IMG/VR virus record: IMGVR_UViG_3300027771_000013
Span: 2,931-66,930 of that record
From: a virus
Direction: 5' to 3' (one strand)
Length of the DNA stretch: 64,000 nt
Each line of letters starts with the position of its first letter. Within the stretch, counting starts at the first letter, position 1. Shown in pieces: positions 1 to 9,913 of this stretch. The translations under genes and the position numbers were made by a program. Under the pieces are notes generated by a model. The model had not been told where the DNA came from. It saw nothing but the letters and a program-made list of their open reading frames with translations, and did not search any database.

Positions 1-134
1 ATAACTTTATTGTTTTTTTCCCACAATAATTGCCCATTTTTAACTAATATTTTTAAGCTGTAATTTTCATGCACTGTTTCAAACAAAGTACTGTCAGCAA
101 CACTTTCGTATTTTTTATCTGTAGCTGCGTCCAT

Positions 135-518
135 TTAAAAAGCCCACGTAGTTGAGTCAAAGATAGTATTGTCGTCAAATACAGGCAGTGTTGCTTTTAA
201 GCTTGTTGTATACGCATGTAAATTTAAAGACCGTGTACCTCTAGCTACTAAAACAATGTCGTACAGTTCTTGTAATTGCGGTTTAGTCAACGTTAGTAAA
301 GTGTTATCTGATAGCGTCCAATCTAACGTTACAATGTTTAATGAATCCCACAACAATAATGCATTGCTCATACGAGATTCTGCTTTTTCGTTGCAATCAA
401 CTGTCACTGTTCCTTCACTAAAAGTAATTTCAACAGGGGTAGTTTCTTTATCATCTCTAATTTTATTAAGGAGGTTTCTTTGCTCCACTACTTTAGCGGC
501 ATTTAAACGTAAATTCAT
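135..518 (-). CDS. DUF4376-like tail fibre accessory/assembly protein
   Basis: 127 aa with a 'DWTLSDNTLLTLTKPQL' motif typical of DUF4376 proteins; last gene of the tail-fibre cluster. Confidence 0.6.
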   Translation of the reverse strand: MNLRLNAAKVVEQRNLLNKIRDDKETTPVEITFSEGTVTVDCNEKAESRMSNALLLWDSLNIVTLDWTLSDNTLLTLTKPQLQELYDIVLVARGTRSLNLHAYTTSLKATLPVFDDNTIFDSTTWAF

Positions 519-922
519 ACTGCAGGGACCTCAATAGTCACGGGTAAATACAAAGGATGGCTAAGTTCAAGTATATAGTTACCTACTAAATCGGCTGTAA
601 AAGTAATTGATCCATCGTATTCTTCTTCTGTTTCGCCCAACACTGTTAATACAGTACCTTCAGGCAAAAAAGATAAAGAAAAACAATCTTCCCCATCTGC
701 TGTAATTGACAGTTTATTAAAAATATAAGGGATGTCTTCTTTACTGACTACTTCAGTCAAACTGTCGTTTAAACGATCCTTTGAAGTGTATGCACCATCA
801 AAAGTTGCTCTGCCTTCATCTATATTGTTAACTGGGTTACTTGCATCACCATCTGCTACCCATAATAATTGTTTTGTCGTAGTAGAAAAAACACTCATTT
901 TTTTATTGTTGTGCAATGACAT
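515..922 (-). CDS. tail-fibre-associated hypothetical protein
   Basis: Start re-called to the ATG at 922 (TAATG overlap with the upstream stop); C-terminal beta-rich 'GSITFTADLVGNYILELSHPLYLP'. Confidence 0.6.
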   Translation of the reverse strand: MSLHNNKKMSVFSTTTKQLLWVADGDASNPVNNIDEGRATFDGAYTSKDRLNDSLTEVVSKEDIPYIFNKLSITADGEDCFSLSFLPEGTVLTVLGETEEEYDGSITFTADLVGNYILELSHPLYLPVTIEVPAV

Positions 923-1272
923 TATTTTTTGCCTCCCATAAATATGCCTGTGCCTGCATTCCATGTTGCATAGTGATCACCATATCCACCATTAAAGCCA
1001 CTTGCTTTAGAGCCTGACCAAGTATCATGAACTTTTACAGCCCATCGAAAACGTATTTGACTTTTGTTTTCACACTCAGCCAAACTAAAAGTTGTCCATT
1101 CACTGCCTTTTAAGTTTACATACTCAAACTGGTCTCCACCGCATGAATAACCGCTACCAACAGTGCCCACTTCCTTAACTACTTTTTGATCTCGAACAAT
1201 CCATTGGTTGAGGGCTTGATCGTAATCTTCTAAATATAATATTACTTGTATTGCTTCAGTTTGACTTGCCAT
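922..1272 (-). CDS. hypothetical protein, resembles a detached C-terminal tip domain of the tail fibre
   Basis: 116 aa, 23 nt downstream of the fibre stop; ends 'IFMGGKK' like the C-termini of J-like tail tip proteins. Confidence 0.5.
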   Translation of the reverse strand: MASQTEAIQVILYLEDYDQALNQWIVRDQKVVKEVGTVGSGYSCGGDQFEYVNLKGSEWTTFSLAECENKSQIRFRWAVKVHDTWSGSKASGFNGGYGDHYATWNAGTGIFMGGKK

Positions 1273-1295
1273 AAAGATCTCTTAATAGTTTTTTA

Positions 1296-4200
1296 TCACA
1301 TTCCCGGACTTCGATACCCGTACGCTTTTCCAAATACATCGAAAGTAAATTGAATAGCAAAAGATGTTGATTCATGTGCATCACTAAAATCCAACGATGC
1401 TGTTGTACCAATATCCCATTCCACGGTATTACCGTTTAGCTCTCTTACTCGTTGTTCACTTTGCCCAATAGTTGTGATTACTTGAGGCACAAAAATAGAG
1501 TTATCGGCTATTTCTAACGTATCGACAGTTAGTTTAGCGATATAAGTAGTTTTATTTTCAGGCGTAATTTGGCCTATAAAAGGTGGGGTGCGATCAAAAA
1601 CAACGTTGTCAACAATTGCTGTTGAACTAACAGTGTAAAAACTACTGTCAACAAAAAATACTAAATTAACAACAGTTTCTGTTGTGTGGATTAAAACATC
1701 GTTGTGATAGTAATAAATTTTATTATCTTTATAAGCTACCGCAAACGTATCATCTACAGCTACTGTAACAAATACCTGACTATTAGTGACTGGGCTTCTT
1801 AATGGAGAACTATTTTCAAAAATTTTTCCTTGTTCTCCATTTATATACCAACAATGATCAATACCCTCATAGCTTAGGTTACTGCTTGGGTCTGCGTTTA
1901 ACCCAAGCATGTAACTTCCTGCGATTCTTTTTGTTTTAAACTTTACGTAACAACCTTTTTCATAAGAGTAATCACTGTACGCTTGTGCGTTCCACCCGTT
2001 TGTGCCACTTTTTGTAATAACGCCATTGTCATCAACAATTACGCCGCCCAATGCATCGGAAGACGATGTAGTCCAAGCAATACTTCCTGCGTCAGAACCT
2101 TGATCACCTTGATCACCTTGTATAATAAATTCTGTAACTGTAGACCAACCTGAGTTACTCCAATTACCAAAGTTAACGCTATACTTAGTCTCAGACCTAT
2201 ACGTAATCTTACCTGTTTCAAAATAAGCAATATCTGCCCAACCAAAAGGAACCGTTTCTGTAGTTCCGTTAAACGCTCCTCCTGTTGGAGTGTTAGGAGC
2301 TGCGCTTCCAATTGTTACGTTTTTATACACATAAGATATATAAGAGCCATCGTTACCATTAAAGTAATCAACGTTAAATTCAGGGGTTACCCCGTCAGAG
2401 ATAAGAACAGTATTGTCTGCCCCGTCATTTACAGTGACTGTTCCGTTACCGTTATCTAGTACTGTAGGTATAGGCGCGTTACCACCATCTGATATAGTTA
2501 TTGAACCGTTTTGCCCAGTTATAGTGTAAGAACCCCCTCCAATATCAGCTACTGTAGGAATGTCTCCTGTGTCTCCTTTAACACCTTGTATAAGTGACCA
2601 AGTATAATCACCAGGAGTATTTGATTCTGCATCGGTTGTTTTATTGTAAGCCAACCCTATGTAAGGTTTTCCAATAGGGCTGTCGTTTAATCCAGTACCT
2701 ACGTTATCGTCGGCATATTTTATCCATGTGTATACAGGATCGCCTTGTGCGCCTTTTACTAATACCCAACTATAATCACTGTAGGTTGTACTATCAGTTT
2801 CAGTAGTATCAGCATACGTACCTAAATACGTTGCGTTTGCAAAAATAGAAGTATTAAAATTTACGCTACCATCGGCTGAAGTCGCCCAAGCTGTATGAAA
2901 GTAAGCTGAATCACCCTGTACAGAGAATCCTCGATATCCTCGTGGTCCTTCAGGGCCTTTTATTAAAGACCAATTCCACGACTCACTGTCTTCCGATGCA
3001 TCAGCTTCTGTTTCATCAGTGTACGTACCTATATACGTTGCATCTGTCGCACTTGTTGTACTAAAATCATCACCAGTAGCACTTGTGGCATACGCAACAT
3101 GAAAGTACATTGATGTTCCATGTACAACTGTACCAGGATCTCCTTTTGGGCCTTGAATTAAAGACCACGTATAATCAGCAGCATTAGTTGATTCATTAGC
3201 AGTTGATTTATTGTACGCCAGCCCTATCCAAAATTTGCCAGTAGGTAAATCAGCAAGCCCAGTGCCAGAGGCATCATCGCCGTATTTAATCCAAGTATAA
3301 AGTGAGTTGCCGTCTGGCCCTCTTACTCCAACGTTACCTGTAGGCGCAAACATTACACTGTCAAAAGTGTATGCGTAACCTGTTGAATGTTGACTACTAT
3401 CAACATAGAGCGTTTGGTCAGGAGCTGTTATCGTAGTGTGTAACAGCGTTTCATTCATATAATAACGCACAACTGAATTATCATATGCAATAGTGAAAAT
3501 ATCATTAACTGAGCGATTTTCTAGCCAGATTCGCTGATCCTCTATATCTGCTAGGTGTGCTCTTTCCGGATTCATTACCCAAAACCCATTTTCAAAAATA
3601 GATAAATTGCCGTCCCAGCGTAGATAAAAAACAAAATCAATCTTGTTATAACTTGCGCCATCAGCAGGATCAGTAGTTAACCCTACCATTATGCTTTTAT
3701 TTATTGTTAAAGAACGAAAGCTCATATAACAAGCGCCTTGATACCCAACAGTGCTGTATGCTTGGGAATCCCAGGCAGGAGGTGTAGGAGGTGTAGGAGG
3801 TGTATTCTCTACAAAAGTTTTTCTAAGTTGCCCTTGATCGTTAACTTCCATTCCATCTAATTGCCAATCTAATTGGCCACCAAGAGCGCCGCCATCTCCA
3901 GTATCGCCTTTAGACCCAACATACTTAACGTACGTTAATGCGCTTGGAATACTGACAGGTACGCTACCAGACCACTCATAAAAATTAACAAACTCATGTC
4001 CTGCAACATAAGAAAAACTTGCATTATCACCAGCAACGCTCGTTGCATAGATAGCAATAACGCCAGAGTCAGTAGGAGTATCTCCGTTGTCACCAATGTA
4101 TTTTACAAAACCAGAATCAAATACATCATCCCCTATAGTAGGTGCTACGCCTGTGTACTCATAGTATTTAATAAACTTTAAATTTACTGAAGGAGTAAAA

Positions 4201-7200
4201 CTTGCATTAAGCCCACTTACATTTTCAGCGTAAGCAATAATTAAACTTGAGCTTGTACCGTTGTCTCCTCTAATTTTTGCCCAAGTGTAATCTGCTGCAG
4301 TGGCAGAATCTGTTATTTCGTCATCAGTGTAGCTACCAATGTAAGTAGCGCCTGCAGGAGATTGATTAAAGTTTGCGCCTGCATCACTAGTTCCGTAAGC
4401 TAAATGTAAATACGCACTTACGCCTGGATTACCATCAGAGTATTCAATACCTTTTTCAGGCACAAACTTAGCAGCTGCACCATATGTATATGACGCAGCA
4501 TTACCAGCTTTTGTGCCTGATCTTACGTATAAATCTCCGACAGTAAATGCATCTTGCCAAGAACTTGACCCATCGACACTGTACTGCAATTTAACAGATG
4601 TGCCATTAACTCCGGGAGTAGGCGCAAAATAATCTACGCCAAGTTCTGGCATAGCGCCATCAGCAGGAAGCGAAAATACATGCACTTCGTAAAATACGCC
4701 ACCATCATTACTTGATGACCATATACTAATTTCATTAGCGCCAGCAATTAAGTTAGTTGCCGTAAACGCGTAAAATTGTGTAACTTCATCAGGTCCTGAC
4801 ATTGTGCCTAAATCAACGCTGTTTAAGCCAACATGAATATCCCCTTCTGCGTCACGCGCTTTAACTTTTATTAAGCACTTTCCACTAATAGCAGAAGTAA
4901 AAGTTAATTTATCTCCGCCCGCATAATTTGTGTTTGTTTGAAAAAAATTAGCGCCTTTCCATGAAAATATAGAAGGATCTACTGCGTCAACACCATCAGC
5001 ACCATCATTAATAATAATTGATTGTCCATCATTAAACGTAACTGTTGTTACGCCGTTTGCAGTTTCCGTTGCAGATAAAAGAACGCTAGTGCCTTCAACA
5101 CCCGCTCTTACTTTAGTCAAGGTTTGTTCTTTAGTAATACTAAAAGCAACGCCAGAAGCACGCTTTCCTGTAATAGTGTATGTCACAGAAGCAACATCAG
5201 TTGTCATATTAGTATGCTCACTAACTAAAGCAGCATTAGCCCCTGATCCAGTAATAGCGCTGCCTAAAGCAATGCCTGTTGGAACGGCAGAGATTGTGTA
5301 ATGACTTTTAGCCGATCCTACGCCGTCATAATCTAGCTCATTGACACCTTCATACACTCTAATTTCTGTGCCTGAATTGGCATAACTACTTACAACACCC
5401 GTGTCATTTGCAGGAATTGCATGCGCTTCATTTGCTAAAACAATCGTTAATGCTGATTCAACTTCTTTAGTAATTTCTAAGTTTTTAATCAGTAAAGGAC
5501 GCGTACCAAGATCGCTCCAATTTAATATCTGGGCACTAACAACTACTGCGCCAGCGGGAACAACATAATCGTATTCAACAGTTGTCCATGAATCGATGAC
5601 GCTTGCGTTAGCAATAATTTGTGTGTACCCAGGCACGCCAGGATTATTACTTAGTCCTTTTACATCAGGCAGTGATGCGTCTTGTGTTGTTTCTAAATAA
5701 ATCTTGTCACTGGGTAACGCTACATTGTCTTGGATCATACGTAAGTACAATCCACCGCTACCCGTTTCGCCGTCAATGTCTGCAACAGTTTTATAACTAA
5801 ACCGTATTTTGTAAGTTTGATTTTCTTGTACTTTAAAAGCAGGAAAAACAACCGCAAGACTACCGTCTGTATCACTCTTTAACACAAGCGCATTTTCTGT
5901 AGCGTCGTAAGAAATATTATCGCGTGTTGCGCTTCTACTGCCTTGTGCACGATCGACCCATTGCGCCGAACTAAAGCCACTCTCACCTTGTACACCTGGC
6001 TTAAGGCCAAAAATTGTAAACGTATCAGTATCTAAAATAGCCGCATTATTGTCTTCTGTAAGTTCAACAGTAACAATAACAGGTAAATCACTGTGCGCAT
6101 TAGGCGGTGTATAAGCATAAGTTGCAGAAGTACTGCTGGCTTGCACAGAAACGCCGTTAACTTTAAAAGTGTATTTTGCAACGCCTACAACGTTAACTGG
6201 AGTAGCTGTTATTGTAAAAGCTGCGCTAGGTACGGGCGTAGTGCCATCAGCTGCATAAGTGATTGCTTGTTTAGGCGAAGTCAAAGAAACACTTCTAGCG
6301 TTACTAACAGTACCGTCAGTTCCGACAAAACGAACAAACGTTGCAGCAGTTACTAGCGCATCAGATAAAGCAGGTACATCATCTACCCATTCAACAAAAC
6401 TTACCCAGACTTGATCATCATTATGAGCAAAAGAAGTTTGGCCTACAACGCCACTACCATCTTTAGAATAAACAGCTACAACACCAGAGTTAACAGCAGG
6501 GTCACCGTCTTCCCCGATAAATCGTACGTATCCGCCGGCATAAACACTATCGGATATGTCATTAACAGCTGCTCCAGTGGACTCAACATACTTAATGAAT
6601 TTTAAAGTACCTTGAGTAAAACTTTTGTCTTGTCCGTTAGTTCCTGAAGCATAAGCAATTTTAACGCTACCTGCGACGCCGGGCGTACCATCATTAATAA
6701 TTATTTCACTGGCATCACTAAACGTAACTACTGTTACGCCATTAGTTGTTGCAGTGTTAGTAATTGTAATGCCTGCAGCGCCGCGCTGACTAAAAATATC
6801 CCAGTACGTGTTGGGGATGTTTGTACCAGTCGGATCAGTATCAGTATCTGTTCCTAAATGCACTAAAATACAAATATAGATTTGGTCGTTAAAAGAAACC
6901 ATATCACCAAGTACATAGTCCAATGCGTCATTGTGTAGACCACGATATGCATTACGTGTAGCAGAATCTTCAGGCAACCCTGTACCGCTTATGTCAGCCC
7001 ACTCTTGAGAAGTATTAGCTATTGAATCCCCAAGAACTCCAGATTCTATCAGAGGAGTAGGTGGAACAAGAACGCCATCGCCATTATAGTATCCGGGAAT
7101 ATAAATACCAATTCCACTGGCTTGTACTACACCGGCTTTATCTATTTGCCAACCAGTTTTAAGCTCATCGTCCCAATCGGTAGACGAAATTTTATCTTTA

Positions 7201-8204
7201 ATTTTAGCGTTAGTAATAGAAGCGTTGGCAATCTTTCCTTCAGTAATATTTCCGTCAGTTATCATAGCTGCAACAATAGTAGCGTCTGCAATAACAGCTG
7301 AATTAATATATACCGCACCATCGTCAACAATAAAAGGAACTATACTATTATCTGCTGAACCGCCAGGATGCGTTATAGCAAAACGATCTGCATTAACAAT
7401 AAACGTAGATGTGGCAGTTGCATCATATGCTTCACTGTATAAACCAAAGCCTGCGACATTTCCGTCAACATCAAGTTTAACTGAGTATTGAGCAGTTAGA
7501 CCGTCTTCTCCCGCAACAGTATTTTGTAATACTTCTATAGAAGAAAATTGTCCGTTATAACTAGACTGAAGAGTGTTTACGCTTGTCGCTACAGCTTCAT
7601 ACTGCGCTGCTCTTGTAGTAGCTTCTGAAGCTATTACTGCCGTAACTGCAGCGTTTTCATCGCTAACGGCAGAAAGTAATGAAGCCGTAGCAATTTCATA
7701 CGAAGATCGACGGTCAATTTCGTCAACTAAATCAGTTGCTGTTACAGTAATTTGATTAATAGTTGAATTAAGCGATGAAGATAACAAGCTGCTATTAATT
7801 TGCCCTGACAGCAACTGAATCATTTGAGTAGTAGTAGGAATAGTTGTTGCTACAGCAGGTCCAATTAGCTCGCCTCTTGTGCCAATAACTGAATGCACTT
7901 CTACCCAGTAATACCAAGTTTCTGGTAAATACGCTTCGGCCCCATTTTCTTCGGCTGCTGTTATTTGATCAAAATAAGTATTGCCAGTAACTACTGCTAG
8001 ATTAGTTTTTAAAAGCTCATCATTAATAGCACTGCGATAAAGCACTGTGTACGCCACAGCTTCAGGATTACTCGCTGAGTAATCCCATTCAATTCTAATA
8101 CCTCCTAGTACAGGAGTAGCACTAATTCCTAGTGGATTGCTTGGATCTCCCGGTTGAATAACATTAGAGCTGTAACCTGACCCAGTACCACAATATAAAA
8201 CCAT
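1296..8204 (-). CDS. large tail fibre / host-specificity protein (2302 aa)
   Basis: DUF1983/lambda-J-like segment (YSVKLDVDGNVAGFGL...FIVNADRFAI...PFIVDDGAVYINSAVI), short G-x-y collagen linkers, repeated YTWIKY/YxHxAY modules, two lectin-like repeats. Confidence 0.85.
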   Translation of the reverse strand: MVLYCGTGSGYSSNVIQPGDPSNPLGISATPVLGGIRIEWDYSASNPEAVAYTVLYRSAINDELLKTNLAVVTGNTYFDQITAAEENGAEAYLPETWYYWVEVHSVIGTRGELIGPAVATTIPTTTQMIQLLSGQINSSLLSSSLNSTINQITVTATDLVDEIDRRSSYEIATASLLSAVSDENAAVTAVIASEATTRAAQYEAVATSVNTLQSSYNGQFSSIEVLQNTVAGEDGLTAQYSVKLDVDGNVAGFGLYSEAYDATATSTFIVNADRFAITHPGGSADNSIVPFIVDDGAVYINSAVIADATIVAAMITDGNITEGKIANASITNAKIKDKISSTDWDDELKTGWQIDKAGVVQASGIGIYIPGYYNGDGVLVPPTPLIESGVLGDSIANTSQEWADISGTGLPEDSATRNAYRGLHNDALDYVLGDMVSFNDQIYICILVHLGTDTDTDPTGTNIPNTYWDIFSQRGAAGITITNTATTNGVTVVTFSDASEIIINDGTPGVAGSVKIAYASGTNGQDKSFTQGTLKFIKYVESTGAAVNDISDSVYAGGYVRFIGEDGDPAVNSGVVAVYSKDGSGVVGQTSFAHNDDQVWVSFVEWVDDVPALSDALVTAATFVRFVGTDGTVSNARSVSLTSPKQAITYAADGTTPVPSAAFTITATPVNVVGVAKYTFKVNGVSVQASSTSATYAYTPPNAHSDLPVIVTVELTEDNNAAILDTDTFTIFGLKPGVQGESGFSSAQWVDRAQGSRSATRDNISYDATENALVLKSDTDGSLAVVFPAFKVQENQTYKIRFSYKTVADIDGETGSGGLYLRMIQDNVALPSDKIYLETTQDASLPDVKGLSNNPGVPGYTQIIANASVIDSWTTVEYDYVVPAGAVVVSAQILNWSDLGTRPLLIKNLEITKEVESALTIVLANEAHAIPANDTGVVSSYANSGTEIRVYEGVNELDYDGVGSAKSHYTISAVPTGIALGSAITGSGANAALVSEHTNMTTDVASVTYTITGKRASGVAFSITKEQTLTKVRAGVEGTSVLLSATETANGVTTVTFNDGQSIIINDGADGVDAVDPSIFSWKGANFFQTNTNYAGGDKLTFTSAISGKCLIKVKARDAEGDIHVGLNSVDLGTMSGPDEVTQFYAFTATNLIAGANEISIWSSSNDGGVFYEVHVFSLPADGAMPELGVDYFAPTPGVNGTSVKLQYSVDGSSSWQDAFTVGDLYVRSGTKAGNAASYTYGAAAKFVPEKGIEYSDGNPGVSAYLHLAYGTSDAGANFNQSPAGATYIGSYTDDEITDSATAADYTWAKIRGDNGTSSSLIIAYAENVSGLNASFTPSVNLKFIKYYEYTGVAPTIGDDVFDSGFVKYIGDNGDTPTDSGVIAIYATSVAGDNASFSYVAGHEFVNFYEWSGSVPVSIPSALTYVKYVGSKGDTGDGGALGGQLDWQLDGMEVNDQGQLRKTFVENTPPTPPTPPAWDSQAYSTVGYQGACYMSFRSLTINKSIMVGLTTDPADGASYNKIDFVFYLRWDGNLSIFENGFWVMNPERAHLADIEDQRIWLENRSVNDIFTIAYDNSVVRYYMNETLLHTTITAPDQTLYVDSSQHSTGYAYTFDSVMFAPTGNVGVRGPDGNSLYTWIKYGDDASGTGLADLPTGKFWIGLAYNKSTANESTNAADYTWSLIQGPKGDPGTVVHGTSMYFHVAYATSATGDDFSTTSATDATYIGTYTDETEADASEDSESWNWSLIKGPEGPRGYRGFSVQGDSAYFHTAWATSADGSVNFNTSIFANATYLGTYADTTETDSTTYSDYSWVLVKGAQGDPVYTWIKYADDNVGTGLNDSPIGKPYIGLAYNKTTDAESNTPGDYTWSLIQGVKGDTGDIPTVADIGGGSYTITGQNGSITISDGGNAPIPTVLDNGNGTVTVNDGADNTVLISDGVTPEFNVDYFNGNDGSYISYVYKNVTIGSAAPNTPTGGAFNGTTETVPFGWADIAYFETGKITYRSETKYSVNFGNWSNSGWSTVTEFIIQGDQGDQGSDAGSIAWTTSSSDALGGVIVDDNGVITKSGTNGWNAQAYSDYSYEKGCYVKFKTKRIAGSYMLGLNADPSSNLSYEGIDHCWYINGEQGKIFENSSPLRSPVTNSQVFVTVAVDDTFAVAYKDNKIYYYHNDVLIHTTETVVNLVFFVDSSFYTVSSTAIVDNVVFDRTPPFIGQITPENKTTYIAKLTVDTLEIADNSIFVPQVITTIGQSEQRVRELNGNTVEWDIGTTASLDFSDAHESTSFAIQFTFDVFGKAYGYRSPGM
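3777..3803. repeat. 3 x 9-bp tandem repeat (AGGAGGTGT) encoding TPP-TPP-TPP linker
   Basis: Exact triplication read in the sequence. Confidence 0.9.
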
Positions 8205-8235
8205 AACTCACTCACAAATTAAAATCATTTGGAGT

Positions 8236-8263
8236 GTTATACCTAAAGCAAAAATACTTTTCT
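8236..8263 (-). promoter_or_regulatory. candidate late promoter (AGAAAA-N16-TATAAC) for the tail fibre gene
   Basis: Same motif and spacing recur at 37026-37053, 39244-39271 and 43996-44023. Confidence 0.5.
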
Positions 8264-8276
8264 TATCTTTTCTCAT

Positions 8277-8307
8277 GGGGCCTCCGGCCCCTTTTATGCA
8301 AAATTAT
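8277..8307 (+). promoter_or_regulatory. GGA-triloop hairpin element (GGGGCC-TCC-GGCCCC-TTTTATGCAAAA), probable phage promoter for the xis-int-replication operon
   Basis: Perfect 6-bp stem in a divergent intergenic region with no + strand gene upstream; near-identical element at 13828. Confidence 0.55.
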
Positions 8308-8341
8308 AAATACGATTACTAACTTACTTTTAAGGACTTTT

Positions 8342-8563
8342 ATGACCGCTCCTATTACCTCTGATGCTGCTAATTATGTATGGGCATCTCATGTTTATCT
8401 AGATCACCCATTGCCTTTAAACTTTCGAGATTGGAACCAAAGACAACTTGAAGATTACTGCCTGCACAACAGCTGGCTGCGGTTTCATTTTACAAATGGC
8501 AAAGCAGCGTTTAACGCAATTGCTGAACTCGCTGCACTAAAAGTATCTCCCAACCCACAATAA
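8342..8563 (+). CDS. hypothetical protein (73 aa)
   Basis: RBS TAAGGA before the ATG at 8342; first gene of the + strand operon. Confidence 0.65.
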   Translation: MTAPITSDAANYVWASHVYLDHPLPLNFRDWNQRQLEDYCLHNSWLRFHFTNGKAAFNAIAELAALKVSPNPQ

Positions 8564-8594
8564 GCCGTATTATCTTGATTTTAAAGGAATTATT

Positions 8595-8909
8595 ATGCAA
8601 CAAGAATGGATTAACTTAGCCAAATACCTTACCGACGGTGGTTACACAAAAAATCAATTTGAATTTTGGAAACGTCACCGTAAAAACCCTTTAGTACTTG
8701 GCAATCATTACGTATCAGGGTCTAATGGCAGTTCAGTTAACATAAGGAGCATGGATCAATGGTGGAGCGAAGGTGGCCCGTATGTATCGACAATAAACGT
8801 GGAAAGCCGCGCGTCAGAATCTACAAAGGTGGCGGTAAACTTGTCTTCAACAAAACGCTCGATGTCAACATTAACACCAAAAGTGGTATCGCCGAAGCGA
8901 TTAGGCTAA
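8595..8909 (+). CDS. xis: excisionase-like protein (recombination directionality factor)
   Basis: Small basic wHTH-like pattern 'EWINLAKY..GYT...G.HY....VN..MDQW' directly upstream of, and overlapping, the integrase. Confidence 0.65.
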   Translation: MQQEWINLAKYLTDGGYTKNQFEFWKRHRKNPLVLGNHYVSGSNGSSVNIRSMDQWWSEGGPYVSTINVESRASESTKVAVNLSSTKRSMSTLTPKVVSPKRLG

Positions 8910-9913
8910 GAGACGAAGTTAAGCACCGACTTAAGTTTGGTATTGCACTAAGACAAGAAGAAGTTACTCAAGTGCATCTATTTCATATCGCTGCACAAGA
9001 GTACCTCGATGAACTAGGCGGCGCTTATTCCACCCATTTAGACTACGAAGGCATCATTAACGGCTGGTGGTTGCCTGTATTTGGTAAGTGCTTAACCGAA
9101 GAAATTACTACAAAGGAAATCAAAAAAGTATTAGATGCTCGGCAAGTTGCTGGTCGTAAAGTGTCCCGCAAACGTAAAAAGAACGCGTTAATTCCGTTGC
9201 GCGGAATATTTAATCATTTAGACATCAAACCAAACCCTGCTGATTTTCATCTCAAGAAAAGCGACGAAGACCAGAAAAAGCCTGTGGAACGTTATTTACC
9301 CGAAGAGCGCAGTCGTTTGTTGTCTGCGCTTAAAGGTGAGCAGTTAGTTTACTTTGCAATACTCTTGGGTTGTGGACTTAGACCTGCTGGCGAGGTTTTA
9401 GCGCTGCAGTGGAAAGATTATAACGGTAAGCAATTGCACGTCAGCAAGACGATTACACGGCGTCGAATGAAGTATTCAACTAAAACTTACGTATCTCGTA
9501 AAGTTGCTGTGCCTACTTGGGTACAAGAAATACTCAACCAGCACCCTACTCGTTTTAAGAACAGTTATATCTTCTTAAACAAGTTTGATAGTTTTTACTG
9601 TGATGCCGATAATTTCAATAAAGAGTGGAAGCTTGCGCATACGGCTACCGATACTGCGTATCGCGTACCGTATACGTGCCGCCATACACGGGCAGCAGAG
9701 TTATTGTCCATAGGAATTGCACCCGCAGAAGCGGCGAAACAATTAGGCCACTCATTGCAGATGTTTTTAGACACGTATTCAGAATTTATTGACGAATATT
9801 GCTCAGAACAAGACCCTTTGAGGTTTGAAGGCATAGCGCCTCAAATTCAAAAACAGTCCCAAAACAGTCCCAAAACCGAAGTTGTTCCCATTGGGAATAA
9901 AAAAGGAATGTAA
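8759..9913 (+). CDS. int: tyrosine integrase with N-terminal arm-binding domain
   Basis: Catalytic motifs GLRP.GEV (R), YTCRHT (H/Y-x-x-R), QLGH and TY; N-terminal arm-DNA-binding-like region; AAGGAG RBS. Confidence 0.93.
   Translation: MVERRWPVCIDNKRGKPRVRIYKGGGKLVFNKTLDVNINTKSGIAEAIRLRDEVKHRLKFGIALRQEEVTQVHLFHIAAQEYLDELGGAYSTHLDYEGIINGWWLPVFGKCLTEEITTKEIKKVLDARQVAGRKVSRKRKKNALIPLRGIFNHLDIKPNPADFHLKKSDEDQKKPVERYLPEERSRLLSALKGEQLVYFAILLGCGLRPAGEVLALQWKDYNGKQLHVSKTITRRRMKYSTKTYVSRKVAVPTWVQEILNQHPTRFKNSYIFLNKFDSFYCDADNFNKEWKLAHTATDTAYRVPYTCRHTRAAELLSIGIAPAEAAKQLGHSLQMFLDTYSEFIDEYCSEQDPLRFEGIAPQIQKQSQNSPKTEVVPIGNKKGM

Noticed and set aside
1296-8204. Diversity-generating retroelement or invertible tail cassette
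   Set aside because: No reverse transcriptase or invertase; repeats differ at all bases rather than only adenines
8759-8909. 151-nt xis/int overlap as a novelty
   Set aside because: Long out-of-frame overlaps with Ser/Thr-rich Xis tails are common for this integrase class
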